Source: an uncultured Nitrososphaeraceae archaeon
GTDB lineage: Archaea > Thermoproteota > Nitrososphaeria > Nitrososphaerales > Nitrososphaeraceae
Assembly (NCBI GenBank): GCA_963729045.1
Contig: CAVSMN010000020.1
Coordinates: 182,080 to 246,079, forward strand
DNA length: 64,000 nucleotides
Reading direction: 5' to 3'
The translations under genes and the position numbers were made by a program. Below the pieces are notes generated by a model, which saw only the letters and a list, made by a program, of their open reading frames with translations, ran no database searches and was not told where the DNA came from. Positions 53,509-64,000 of this stretch are shown here, piece by piece (within the stretch, counting starts at the first letter, position 1; every line of letters begins with the position of its first letter).

Positions 53509-54342
53509 AGTCTTTATCAATATAGATAACCAAAATGTCAATAGATGTCAATCTAATATAATAGTTATGACAATTCCAATGAAAAACTTTTTGATAATTC
53601 GAGGAGTCGAAGAGCAAATTCCCGAGATTTTAGGTTTGGATCAGACGAAAATTCTTGTTTTATAGCTATTGTCGAGAATGTCTAGGCTGCTGATTGATTG
53701 ATCAGAGTGGAATAAAATAAAAATTATTAGTCTATTCAAACTTTACAATTGCATAATGCTATAACGACTAAGTTAATTATAGTCTTACAATGAGAACCAA
53801 CATTTTCTCTAGATTTGATTTTGCCTACAACCAAAAAAAAATTATTGAATAATAGCAATACATACAACATATGGGGTTATTTTGATATCCTCTCCCTCTA
53901 CATTAATTGTCCAAGTGTTATTTAGTATATTGGGTATACTTTCGATTTCATTTATTTACCTATAATTGTCATCCAAAGTATGGGAAATCTGAGGTTCTAT
54001 CACATTATGATCTATCAAAGTTCTCTTCCGAGTTCTACCTTTCAGAGAAGCTAACGATGAGTAGGTTTATCAAACAATACAATGTTTACTAAACTCGACA
54101 TCAAAATCAGAATGTTATTTAGTTAATTAAAAAGATTCCTGAACATTCTCAAATATGAGGACTATAGAGAAACTCATAGCAGATCTTATGAGATAGATTT
54201 CCGACAGAATTCATCAGAGACTTGTATTATGTCTGCCATAGTACCTGTAGTGCATGAAATTAGTAATTATTTGTATATTAGTTACAATTTCTGATAGTTT
54301 CATTATGAAAGCAGTCTTTTATTTTATTTTTCCTAATTAAAA

Positions 54343-54810
54343 TTAATTTTTCTTTGTATCTTTTGATGACCAAAAGGTTTGTTTTGTTAGTTTCCATTTC
54401 TTGTAGTCTTCAAGTATTTTTTTATGATCAAATCCAAAGCTCTCCTCGTCCATGGTTACAAGATCTACCCATTTTAATGAAGTTGCATCATCCCCTGCCA
54501 GTAATTCTTTTTTGTCGCTATTATCAGAGATTTTTCCAATAAATACTGTCGATATCCGGTGTTCCCTTGGATCTCTATCAGGATCAGAATAAACACCTAA
54601 GATGCTATCAAGTTCTACATCTAAGGAGGTCTCTTCTTTTACTTCACGTATCGCCGCATCTTCTACTCTTTCACCTACATTTAGAGATCCTCCTGGAAAT
54701 ACCATCTTTCCTTTATATGGCTCATTCCTCCGCGTAACAAACAAAATTTTAGTTACATTAATGGGTATCTTACCTTCAAAAAACCAACGCATTTCTGTGG
54801 ACTTTAGCAT
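54343..54810 (-). CDS. Nudix hydrolase with atypical N-terminus
   Basis: Nudix box GGSLNVGERVEDAAIREVKEETSL; SDPDRDPR, AGDDA and FDH motifs. Confidence 0.88.
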   Translation of the reverse strand: MLKSTEMRWFFEGKIPINVTKILFVTRRNEPYKGKMVFPGGSLNVGERVEDAAIREVKEETSLDVELDSILGVYSDPDRDPREHRISTVFIGKISDNSDKKELLAGDDATSLKWVDLVTMDEESFGFDHKKILEDYKKWKLTKQTFWSSKDTKKN

Positions 54811-55334
54811 TTAATTTATCTGAATGTTTAAAGGTAAATTAATCTATTTCCAGTAAAGATAAATGTATATAATATTTATCAAAAAGAACTCATTGATTAA
54901 ATGTTACAATACGTAATTAGAAAATGAATTGAATTTCACTCCTATCTGCAACTATACGTTGATTAATTTTCGCTAATTTATTATCTTTTTCAATTATAGG
55001 TGCTAGGGATACAGATGTAATGTTGTTATTATTCATCAAGATTGTATTACCTTGTGTCATTGCATGTTGTGTCTTATTCTCACTACTGTCATCCATAGTT
55101 ATTGTCAAATTCTCTACCATTGCTTTCCTACTGTAGATGTAACCAAGGCTATTTTTGCTTAAATAATAATATAGATACAATTTCTGAATTGTTTATAGAA
55201 AGTATATCGATTCATTCGATATATAATCATCTGATCATTACCTAAATTCTGATTGATAATATTTAGAGTTCCCATAGTATCAGTCATTACTATTGGTATC
55301 TATTCAACATCACATGAGTACCTATTTGGACATG

Positions 55335-55781
55335 TTAATTTTGTCGTCTGATTTTAGGAATATGAGGGACGCCTACGGCAAAAGCTATTGAAACTATTGC
55401 TACAAAATAAAAGTTAAACCCTATTGCCATTCCGATTGCACCAGAAAACCATATGCTTGCTGCGGTAGTCAAATTCAATACTTTAGTATGACTAGAATCA
55501 ACCGTATCCTTTTTATCAAAAATCTCATCCTTTAGTATTATCCCTGCTCCAAGAAACCCAATTCCTGTTACGATTTGGGCAGCAATCCTTGTTGTAGAGT
55601 TTGGATCAACTAATGCAGAAAGATAAGTAAATATCATTGAACCACCAATAACAAAACAATGTGTTCCAATTCCAGAGGCTTTCCCCTTCAATTCTCTATC
55701 TGCACCAATTAATACACCGGCAAGTAATGACAAGCCAATATTTATTAAAAAATCAACTTCCTGAATACCGGTTATGCTCAT
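55335..55781 (-). CDS. MgtC/SapB family membrane protein
   Basis: IGADRE, RIAAQIVTGIGFLGAG and LTTAASIW motifs. Confidence 0.93.
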   Translation of the reverse strand: MSITGIQEVDFLINIGLSLLAGVLIGADRELKGKASGIGTHCFVIGGSMIFTYLSALVDPNSTTRIAAQIVTGIGFLGAGIILKDEIFDKKDTVDSSHTKVLNLTTAASIWFSGAIGMAIGFNFYFVAIVSIAFAVGVPHIPKIRRQN

Positions 55782-56159
55782 CGTTAAATCTTCCCCGTTT
55801 TTAAAATATCATAGTTATTTAAAAACGTGTAGAAGATAAGTGATTCATCTAACAATCAAAACAGTTTCTATCTTATATTTTATAATTTAATAGTAGAAAT
55901 TTTTTAGGATGATTATATCGTATTAGTGGAAAATATTTTTAGGACAATAAATTATAACTCCTTCCTACAGAAACCATCAGTTAACAATATTCATTATCTG
56001 GAAAGTTCAAAATTCATATGGTCTAGATTTGATATCGTTAATGCATACAACCTAATTAAGTGTTCGAGCGTAAGTAACGTGAATGGTACTTACATAAAGA
56101 GAAATATTGCGATCTGCAATGTTATCACTTATTTAAATATAGAATTAGTGAGCTTTATA

Positions 56160-56837
56160 CTAGTGAATGTTTTCAGACAACCATTCTTTTGCGTCTAATA
56201 TATCTGACTCTGTAAGATTATGACCTGATTGTTGCCATTTCAAAGTCACATTTGCTCTACTTTTTTCTAGAATATCAAAGAGGCTTCGTGTCTGATGTTC
56301 TGATACTATAGGATCAAACACTCCTGCAGATAATAGTACCTTTTTATCAGATAGATCGAGTGGAGAATCTGGTATAAAAGGAACCATCGCTCTAAACAGG
56401 ATCGCACCCATAAGGGTTCCTGGATAAGAAAGAAGAAGACTTGCTGCTATATTTGCGCCATTAGAAAAACCTACTGCAATTGTCTTGCTTAAATCAAAAC
56501 TGTAAATGCTCGATGCCTCCTTAACAAAATCAGCCAATTCTCTGGTCCTAAATTTCAAGTCCTCCAAATCAAATACACCTTCAGCGAGTCGTTTAAAAAA
56601 TCGAGGCATTCCATTTTCCAACACCTTTCCTCTAGGACTTAATAATGATGCAGAAGGTGATATCATTTGACCAACTTGTATCAAATCATCCTCATTTCCA
56701 CCTGTGCCATGAAGCAGTAATAAAGTCAAAGTTTCTGATTGATTATCTTTGGGTCCATATGCTTGATCAGAATTGTCTGCATCATGCTGCTGTGATGGGG
56801 AAGGAATAAAACGGTATTTAAAATCAGGTTTACTCAT
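56160..56837 (-). CDS. Alpha/beta hydrolase (MhqD-like carboxylesterase)
   Basis: LLHGTGG, RFFKR, GFSNGA and GH motifs. Confidence 0.92.
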   Translation of the reverse strand: MSKPDFKYRFIPSPSQQHDADNSDQAYGPKDNQSETLTLLLLHGTGGNEDDLIQVGQMISPSASLLSPRGKVLENGMPRFFKRLAEGVFDLEDLKFRTRELADFVKEASSIYSFDLSKTIAVGFSNGANIAASLLLSYPGTLMGAILFRAMVPFIPDSPLDLSDKKVLLSAGVFDPIVSEHQTRSLFDILEKSRANVTLKWQQSGHNLTESDILDAKEWLSENIH

Positions 56838-56867
56838 TATCTTTCACTTTGAGTATTACTAGTTTGA

Positions 56868-57941
56868 TTAGAAGATAGAAGAAGAAAATTTATCAAGTGA
56901 TGGTGTACTAATTTTGGGAAGCACTTTCTCAAGATATTTGCGGTCAGGTTCTAACCATTCAGGTAGTAAGAGCTTTTGTCCCAGCTCCTCCTCTTTTTGG
57001 TCTACCATAAAACCAGGCGGATCAGTTGCTATTTCAAATAGAATACCGCCAGGTTCTCTGAAATATACTGAATGAAAATATGTTCTATCAATTACAGGGG
57101 TAGCATCCAAACCTGTATTGATTATTATTTTTCGCATATCTAACTGGCTTTCATCAGTTGGAGTTCGCCATGCAATATGATGGACAGTACCCACTCCCAT
57201 AGAACCTCGTTGAGTATAGGGTAGACATACGAGGTCCACAGTAGATGGAGAATTCAAAAGATCAAGTTCTCTTTTTTGCTTGTTACCATAGAAATCATCT
57301 ATTATTTTTTCTTTATCTTTAATTTCAAATCGGAATCTACTTCCCTCAGTCTTAGTTTTTGAGAAACCCATGTTTTCAGTTAAGAGATCTGCTGTTCGTT
57401 CATATCCTTCCAAGGAAAGAGTTGCTGAATAAAATCCTCTAGTAGCATATTCTTCTGGAATAGGGCCCTTTCTCCAAACATGATCTTTTTTAGTCTCAGC
57501 GTCCTTATGTGCAACAAGTTCTATTTCCATACCATCTGGATCATAAAGTGTAATAACTTGTTCAGTATCATCTTCGAACCTCTTGGTCGGACCGGTATAA
57601 CTAACCCCTTGACTTTTTAGTCTGTTAACCCAATATTCTATGGAATTTTCAGGTATCAAAAAAGATGTAGTAATTACTTGGCCCGTTCCCCTAAAACCTC
57701 TTGGCATGCTCTGCCAAGGGAAAAATGTCAGGATTGTCCCTGGTCTTCCTATATCATCTCCATAATAGAAATGATATGTTTGTGGATCATCAAAGTTAAC
57801 TGTTAATTTTACAAGTCGCAAACCTAAAAAACCGGTGTAAAAGTCAATATTTTTTTGGGGGTTACCTGCTATAGCCGTGATATGGTGTATTCCAAGAATA
57901 CTTTGGTGACTCTTATCCCTAGTCATAGTAGTATTTTCCAA
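56868..57941 (-). CDS. Ring-cleaving dioxygenase/glyoxalase (MhqO-like)
   Basis: GIHHITA, TVNFDDP, VHHIAWR and DRTYFHSVYFREPGGILFEIAT motifs. Confidence 0.93.
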   Translation of the reverse strand: MENTTMTRDKSHQSILGIHHITAIAGNPQKNIDFYTGFLGLRLVKLTVNFDDPQTYHFYYGDDIGRPGTILTFFPWQSMPRGFRGTGQVITTSFLIPENSIEYWVNRLKSQGVSYTGPTKRFEDDTEQVITLYDPDGMEIELVAHKDAETKKDHVWRKGPIPEEYATRGFYSATLSLEGYERTADLLTENMGFSKTKTEGSRFRFEIKDKEKIIDDFYGNKQKRELDLLNSPSTVDLVCLPYTQRGSMGVGTVHHIAWRTPTDESQLDMRKIIINTGLDATPVIDRTYFHSVYFREPGGILFEIATDPPGFMVDQKEEELGQKLLLPEWLEPDRKYLEKVLPKISTPSLDKFSSSIF

Positions 57942-58079
57942 TTATAGTATAAATATCTGCTAAATTAGGTAAAATCAAAATTAACAATCTTATTACTTGA
58001 TGTTTGATTTACTACTGTATCTATTAAAAAATCTATACATATTTCATATGCAAAAAATATTTCCGAATTGTCTTGGCAA

Positions 58080-58391
58080 CTAAATTTGAAGATCAGATAC
58101 CTCATAACCTCTTCTTTCAGGTAATGTTTCAAAAATAGGTTTAAGTTTTTCAACCAAATCAGATAAAAGGCGATTATCTATCTGATAAAAATTATCCATC
58201 TCTTCTTTAGTTTCCCAAAAAGTAAGGATTATGGATTCAGATGGGTCTTCTAGACTATCCATTACTATAAATCCTTTCATTTTACTTTCTTGTGTTTGAA
58301 CCTTTTTGAAAAATTCTGAAATCGCCTTGGTACTATGATCTCGTTTACCCGGTTTTAATAGGATTTTATTAGATTTTACATATTGTATCAT
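58080..58391 (-). CDS. ABM (antibiotic biosynthesis monooxygenase)-like alpha/beta barrel protein
   Basis: LKPGKR...MKGF...LTFWETKEEM pattern. Confidence 0.75.
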   Translation of the reverse strand: MIQYVKSNKILLKPGKRDHSTKAISEFFKKVQTQESKMKGFIVMDSLEDPSESIILTFWETKEEMDNFYQIDNRLLSDLVEKLKPIFETLPERRGYEVSDLQI

Positions 58392-58878
58392 ATTTTTTGT
58401 TATTCAAACTTCAAAATAATCTTGTCCTTTGTTTATCATTTTCCGGCTAATGTGACGTTGTAGAAAATGTATGTCATTATTTGAATAGATTACTACTAGG
58501 GTTCTAAAAAGTAAGAGATATCAAACGGGCAGGTGGAAATGCATTCACGAGTTTATTTTGAATAAGTATGATTACCAAAAAAATGTACGGGATTATAGAA
58601 TTAACAACCCAAATTGAAAGTAGTAAACAGAAAAATCACAAATGAAGTGAGGTTTGAGTATGATATTAGAGAGTACCTTTTCTACTATTGATAGGAACGT
58701 TAAACTAGTGAGAAACTTCAAATAATGTTATTACCATGGTTTGTCTTGAAGAAAGATATCTTTTATTCTGCAAAAGATCATTCGTCAATCTATTCTACAA
58801 TATGGCTTTGTATAGTATCCTTAATACAAATTAGAATAGATTAGAAGATTATGACTATTGCCTCTTGTATTGGAAAGT

Positions 58879-59178
58879 TTAGTCTTCCACGGTGTCTGTA
58901 TGTTCATCAAAATATTGTACAAGTCTATTTTTAGTAAATTCGTCCAGATTCACCATACCGTCATGAAAAGAGATCAAACCAAGTTTTATTATCCAATCCA
59001 TATCCTTTACGAAATGTTCAGAACTTAACCTAGTTTCTTTTAGCCTTGGATCGTCAAATATTTTATTATATAATTCATCCATTGTCCAATGGGTCTTTTT
59101 AGGATTATAGTTCGCTTGTAACTGATTGCATATATCAAGTATTTCTTGACTCGGTTGTGTGTTGTCCTCAAGACTCAT
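58879..59178 (-). CDS. Hypothetical protein
   Basis: 99-aa ORF with ATG start. Confidence 0.65.
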   Translation of the reverse strand: MSLEDNTQPSQEILDICNQLQANYNPKKTHWTMDELYNKIFDDPRLKETRLSSEHFVKDMDWIIKLGLISFHDGMVNLDEFTKNRLVQYFDEHTDTVED

Positions 59179-59794
59179 AATAAGAATTTGTATTTCTGTC
59201 CTTAAAAGATTTTTTATAATCTAATTCTTTCTTTTTAGTTCTTGACCATCATGTTAATTTTATGTAGTTACTGTATTTGGGTAATGGAATTTCATAATAA
59301 TTGGACATATAAGATGGATAATTTTGGCGTTTGATACTAATCCCTAGTATGGATTTTTATCAAATTCTATTCTTTATGTATTGATATGAAGTATCATTTA
59401 TTAAGATATTATTTCCCGGCTAAGCTTCATATTTTCTTAAAACAATAGTCATTTTATCAAAAAAGTTCATACTCAAGTCTAACGAATAATTCTTAATTAC
59501 AGAATTCATCTATCTTAAATATTAGATAAATGGGTCATTATACATGAAAAATTATGTAGGAAAAGAACACGTTTAATTGTTATACAAACTTTTTTTATAA
59601 TATTTATAGGATTTAGATCAGCCAATATGTTTGTCAACAGCAAGTATCTCTATATTGAGACAGGAACAAACGAGCCAAAGTCTTTTGAAAAAAATACTAC
59701 TATGAAATGAATGAGGAAAAAGTGATTAAAATTTAAACAAAATATCATTATTTTAATAACTGCAATTATAGCATGTACTTTAATTATTAGTTAT

Positions 59795-60949
59795 TTGACA
59801 TACTCCCCATTTCCATTCACGGTTAATGCAGGTACTAACTCGGATGGAAAAATTTTTCCAAAGTATGCATCATTAATACCACAGATTGACGAAAAGAAAG
59901 TATCAGGCAATAAATCTCAATATAAAATTGCACCTGAATTTGAAAAACCTGGTGAAGGTATAGATATCATCAATATCAATGATGGTAAGCCGCTAACAAT
60001 GACTAGTTTAAAAGGAAAAGTGGTACTTGTCAATTTTTGGACTTATAGTTGTATTAATGTACTAAGAACCGTTCCGCATATTATAGATTGGAATACAAAG
60101 TATGCGGATAAAGGACTGGTAATAGTTGGAGTACATACACCAGAGTTTGAATTTGAAAAAAATATTGATTATGTAAATACTTCATTACAAAAATACGGCA
60201 TAAAATATCCAGTAATACAAGACAATGACCATAAAATTTGGAATGCCTATGAGAATAATTATTGGCCCAGGATGTATATTGTCGATCCTCAAGGGTATAT
60301 AGTGTATAACAAAATAGGTGAGGGAGAGTATAATCAAACAGAAAAGGTAATTCAATCACTCTTAGCTGAAAGAAATGGTAACAAAGAAATAGAAAATATC
60401 GATCTAAATACAACCTTCCCCTATGAGAACAAATCTCAATTTAATTCTACCAATAATATTAATAATTTTCTTAAACAGCCTGTTGAATTTTCAAAAATTA
60501 AAACACCAGAATTGTATTTTGGAAATCAAGGGTCAAATTCAGCAATAGGAAATTCCGAAGGAGTTCATCCTGGACAAACTGTAACCTATGCAATACCATC
60601 ATTGAATGGATCAATCAAACCTAATACAATATATCTCGAAGGAAAATGGAAAATCAATCATGATAATGTTGAATTACAAAGTGACTCAGGCCGCATTGGT
60701 TTACTCTATTCTGCAAAGTCTGTAAACTTGGTAGCAGGAGGTAAAGGTCAAGGAATAGTTAATGAGGATAATTCCTTGTTATCAAATTATTCCAGAGGTG
60801 TAGATACAGAAAGTGATTCTCAATTCGTAATTGATTACCCTAGGTTGTACAACATAGTAAATCATCAATCATATGATGATGACTTTCATTCATTAATAAT
60901 AGATGTTAAAGGAAAAGGATTTCAAGCTTATGTATTTACATTTGGATAA
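59795..60949 (+). CDS. Redoxin with DipZ-like C-terminal domain
   Basis: NFWTYSCINV, GVHTPEF, NNYWP, TPELY and terminal FTFG; an in-frame TM helix extends upstream to about 59726. Confidence 0.88.
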   Translation: MTYSPFPFTVNAGTNSDGKIFPKYASLIPQIDEKKVSGNKSQYKIAPEFEKPGEGIDIININDGKPLTMTSLKGKVVLVNFWTYSCINVLRTVPHIIDWNTKYADKGLVIVGVHTPEFEFEKNIDYVNTSLQKYGIKYPVIQDNDHKIWNAYENNYWPRMYIVDPQGYIVYNKIGEGEYNQTEKVIQSLLAERNGNKEIENIDLNTTFPYENKSQFNSTNNINNFLKQPVEFSKIKTPELYFGNQGSNSAIGNSEGVHPGQTVTYAIPSLNGSIKPNTIYLEGKWKINHDNVELQSDSGRIGLLYSAKSVNLVAGGKGQGIVNEDNSLLSNYSRGVDTESDSQFVIDYPRLYNIVNHQSYDDDFHSLIIDVKGKGFQAYVFTFG

Positions 60950-61061
60950 GAAATCTTCTCAATGATGCTAAAATAATGATCACTCAAACGACACCTCATA
61001 ATTTCTCATGGTTCTATCATAACCTTAAGTATAACAAGTTTCTTATCGTCTTAAACTCAAA

Positions 61062-62396
61062 ATGACCACTGTAAATAAGCAGGTTTCAATTTTTCCATTA
61101 TTATTATCGAATTTTATTGGAACTATGGGTTTTAGCATAGTTTTGCCTTTTTTGGTATTTTTAGTTATAGATTTTGGAGGTAATTCTCTTGTGTATGGGA
61201 TATTGGCGGCAATTTATCCTGCGTTTCAACTCATTGGAGCTCCACTATTAGGAAGATGGTCTGATACTATCGGAAGAAAAAAGGTCTTACTGATAAGTAA
61301 TGGCGGTACATTCGTAGGTTGGGTAGTTTTTCTTATTGCACTTTTTGTACCTGTCTGGAATATTTACAGTGTTAATTCGATCATTCTTGGAACTTTTGTT
61401 ATTACACTTCCTCTAATAATATTATTTTTAGCAAGAGCATTAGATGGAATAACGGGCGGCAATATTTCTGTTGCAAATGCTTATCTTGCAGACATTTCAA
61501 CAGATAAAAGTAGAAGTAAAAATTTTGGCAAGATGGCAATATCATCTAATTTGGGTTTTATTGTTGGACCTGCGTTGGCGGGGATTTTAGGCTCTACTGT
61601 TTATGAAGAGATACTACCTGTGTTGGCGGCAGTCTTTATTTCTTTAATCGCATTAATTGTAATAGCCTTTATGCTAAAGGAATCGAAAGTAACGACAACA
61701 GCGACAACAGCGACAACAACCACCGCTTCACTGGTCGAAATTTCAGAAAAAGAATCAATTAGAAAAGTCTTTTCTTGTGAACCAAAGGAGTGCTACAAGA
61801 TTCCAAATCCTAAAAATCTATCATTCTTAGACGTCTTCAGATTAAAAGATATATCCTTTTTGTTAGTATTGTATTTTTTTATCTTTCTTGGATTTAACAT
61901 CTATTACACCTCCTTTCCAATACATGCAGTATCAGGTTTAAAATGGACGGTAACAGAAATGGGTATATTTTATTCTGTGTTGAGTGGCGTAATGATTCTG
62001 GTACAAGGTCCGGTGCTTAGAAAAGCTCTACAAAAATTCTCTGAGGAAAAACTAGTTGTAATTGGGAGTTTAATTTTAGGTGTAAATTTTGCACTGTTCA
62101 TGTTTAATAGCACCGTATTAGTTTATGTGGCGTTAGTTTTGTTTGCACTCGGTAATGGTCTTATGTGGCCATCTTTTATGTCTATACTTTCAAAGCGTGC
62201 TGGAACTGTTCACCAGGGAGTAATTCAAGGTGTCGGAAGCAGCATGGGAAGTTTGGCCAGTATTATAGGGCTAATCTTGGGTGGATTATTATATAATTTA
62301 ATTGGTCCAACTACTTTTCTTATTTCTGCTGCAGTAATATTCATGGTTTTTGTCATGTCATTTAGACTATTGAAAGTGAAGAAGCCGGCTCGATAG
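61062..62396 (+). CDS. MFS transporter (TetA/DHA1-like)
   Basis: GRWSDTIGRK, DGITGGN and GFIVGP motifs; about 12 TM helices. Confidence 0.93.
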   Translation: MTTVNKQVSIFPLLLSNFIGTMGFSIVLPFLVFLVIDFGGNSLVYGILAAIYPAFQLIGAPLLGRWSDTIGRKKVLLISNGGTFVGWVVFLIALFVPVWNIYSVNSIILGTFVITLPLIILFLARALDGITGGNISVANAYLADISTDKSRSKNFGKMAISSNLGFIVGPALAGILGSTVYEEILPVLAAVFISLIALIVIAFMLKESKVTTTATTATTTTASLVEISEKESIRKVFSCEPKECYKIPNPKNLSFLDVFRLKDISFLLVLYFFIFLGFNIYYTSFPIHAVSGLKWTVTEMGIFYSVLSGVMILVQGPVLRKALQKFSEEKLVVIGSLILGVNFALFMFNSTVLVYVALVLFALGNGLMWPSFMSILSKRAGTVHQGVIQGVGSSMGSLASIIGLILGGLLYNLIGPTTFLISAAVIFMVFVMSFRLLKVKKPAR

Positions 62397-62850
62397 TTCC
62401 GGTAATAGGGATTAGATAAGGAGGACGATAACTATAACGTTAACGATTCATTGAGCGATAGTAATGAACAAGATGTTGAAAAGAAATACGGTACGTAGGC
62501 ACATAGCGAAACAAATGACATTTTCCATTTCAAATAGTATTTCCATTAAACTGTGCAGAATTTCAATTTCATCGTCCGTTATTATCTAAAAATGATAGTA
62601 AGAAATCAACTTATAACAATCGATAGAAATAGTCAAATCTAAATACCATTGTATTATAATAGAAATGGCAGCAATGTCTGTAATTTATGTGATAATAATT
62701 CATCAAGGATTGCTTTCCACTCGTTTGAACGCTTGAAACAGATACAAGTGCTATGTTGGAAAGTGAGATTTTCAGCATCCCAAATGATGAGATTTGTAAT
62801 TGATTTTATGTTTACGATATTGAAAAATATACGGTAAGTGCGGATGATAC

Positions 62851-64000
62851 CTAGATAAATAATAACTTGAATAATACATACATATAGCTATAGCGAAGTA
62901 ATAAGATCAATGAGTAACACCCTTTACATCTGGTTACTGCGATCATAATTACTATGAAGGCAGAGATAAATCTATAGAAAAGCCATTTTAATCCAATCTT
63001 TCTTGAAGAATTTGCTTCAAAGGTTACAAGATGAAGAAACCCCATGGAAAAGAGACATAGCGAAACAGAACCACATATCAACCATAATTCTGAAAATGGA
63101 ATAATAAGATTTTGATCGGCTTTAATTACATGAGCTATGCCATCGCCCATAGCAGCAATACCAATCAGTAATGGAAAGTGTAAGTAAAGCCAAGACAAAT
63201 AGATTCCTATTCTGTTATTTACCCTAAGGGCTCGTACAGCAGAACCATCTACGGTATCAAAGTAGATCCACCAAAGACCAAATGCAATAGTTATTCCTGT
63301 TCCCATACCTATTACGGTTGGAATAGACCATTCTAGTGGGGATAAATTAAAAACTAAACCAAATATTGTTTCTCCCAGAACTATTATAACAAATAATCCC
63401 ATTCGCTGAGATAAGTGAAATGCATTAGGAGGCAGGTTTACATATTTTCTGGTTATAGATATTGTTACTACAATATCTGTAATTACTGCTAATATCCAAA
63501 CGATGAAACGTAATGGCTCAGGAACAAATAGAGAAACTAACCACAAAAAAGTAGTAAGAAAGAAAAACCAATGCTATATTTACTTGTAAGCGGACAAGCA
63601 TTCGTTATTTTTTTCCCTGTTCTTAGATATTCTAGTATTAGAAAAGACCTAATTGCTACATAAGAAATTATAAAACCCATGGAAGTTTCATCAAAAGCCT
63701 GATTTGAATTTACAGCTTAAAGATACTGCTCCAGCCATCTGCAAGAGGATTAATATCCTATGAACTAGATCATCTACATCAAACCTCGTGGCGTAGAATG
63801 TTGCCCCTGTCCAAGCCCAACATACGATTATAAATAGTATAACATATTCAACAAAGCCCTTGTATGGATAAATCATGAGTTAGATTTTGACCTAATTGAG
63901 CAATTGCAGCAGCATATACCAAATCATAAAATAGTTCTAACCAGCTAACATGTCGTTCCTCCTCCTCCTTCTCCTTCTTTCCTTTTTCTGGGTTCATTTC
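62851..64000 (-). pseudogene. ltrA: Low-temperature requirement protein A family, several frameshifts, 5' end at window edge
   Basis: RHVSWLELFYDLVY, HLSQRMGLFVIIVLGE and LWWIYF motifs; at least three indels between 63550 and 63860 (decay or assembly error). Confidence 0.8.

Noticed and set aside
53907..56198. ORFs 53907..54092, 54917..55180 and 55926..56198
   Set aside because: No motifs; could be chance frames or remnants.
61690..61725. ACAACAGCG tandem repeat
   Set aside because: In-frame Thr/Ala low-complexity linker in the MFS central loop.

Overview
AT-rich (low-GC) archaeal chromosomal segment. Gene content (Tes tetraether synthase, Dph2, Csl4, pelota, ESCRT-III paralog, class II RNR, 3HP/4HB-cycle-type crotonase and thiolase, CopC, roadblock-like orphans) points to an ammonia-oxidising archaeon of the Nitrososphaeraceae, most like Nitrosocosmicus (inference). 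Positions 1-47 kb are mostly housekeeping genes ending in a pstSCAB-phoU operon; 47-64 kb is a gene-poor accessory region. Many genes carry single-base indels (csl4, DUF504, cutA, pstS/A/B, ltrA), probably assembly errors. Best leads: (1) an ArsR-like HTH + ATP-cone + catalytically incomplete class III RNR fusion directly upstream of nrdJ, a candidate dNTP-sensing regulator; (2) four related hairpins with compensatory stem changes at 49.6-53.1 kb, three sharing a promoter-like motif, near an atypical RNase H-like gene; (3) a divergent NurA-HerA pair without mre11/rad50, with a duplicated palindrome and two wHTH genes; (4) an unannotated C/D-box sRNA whose guide fits C34 of tRNA-Leu(CAA). No CRISPR array, rRNA, tRNA or intact transposase was seen.
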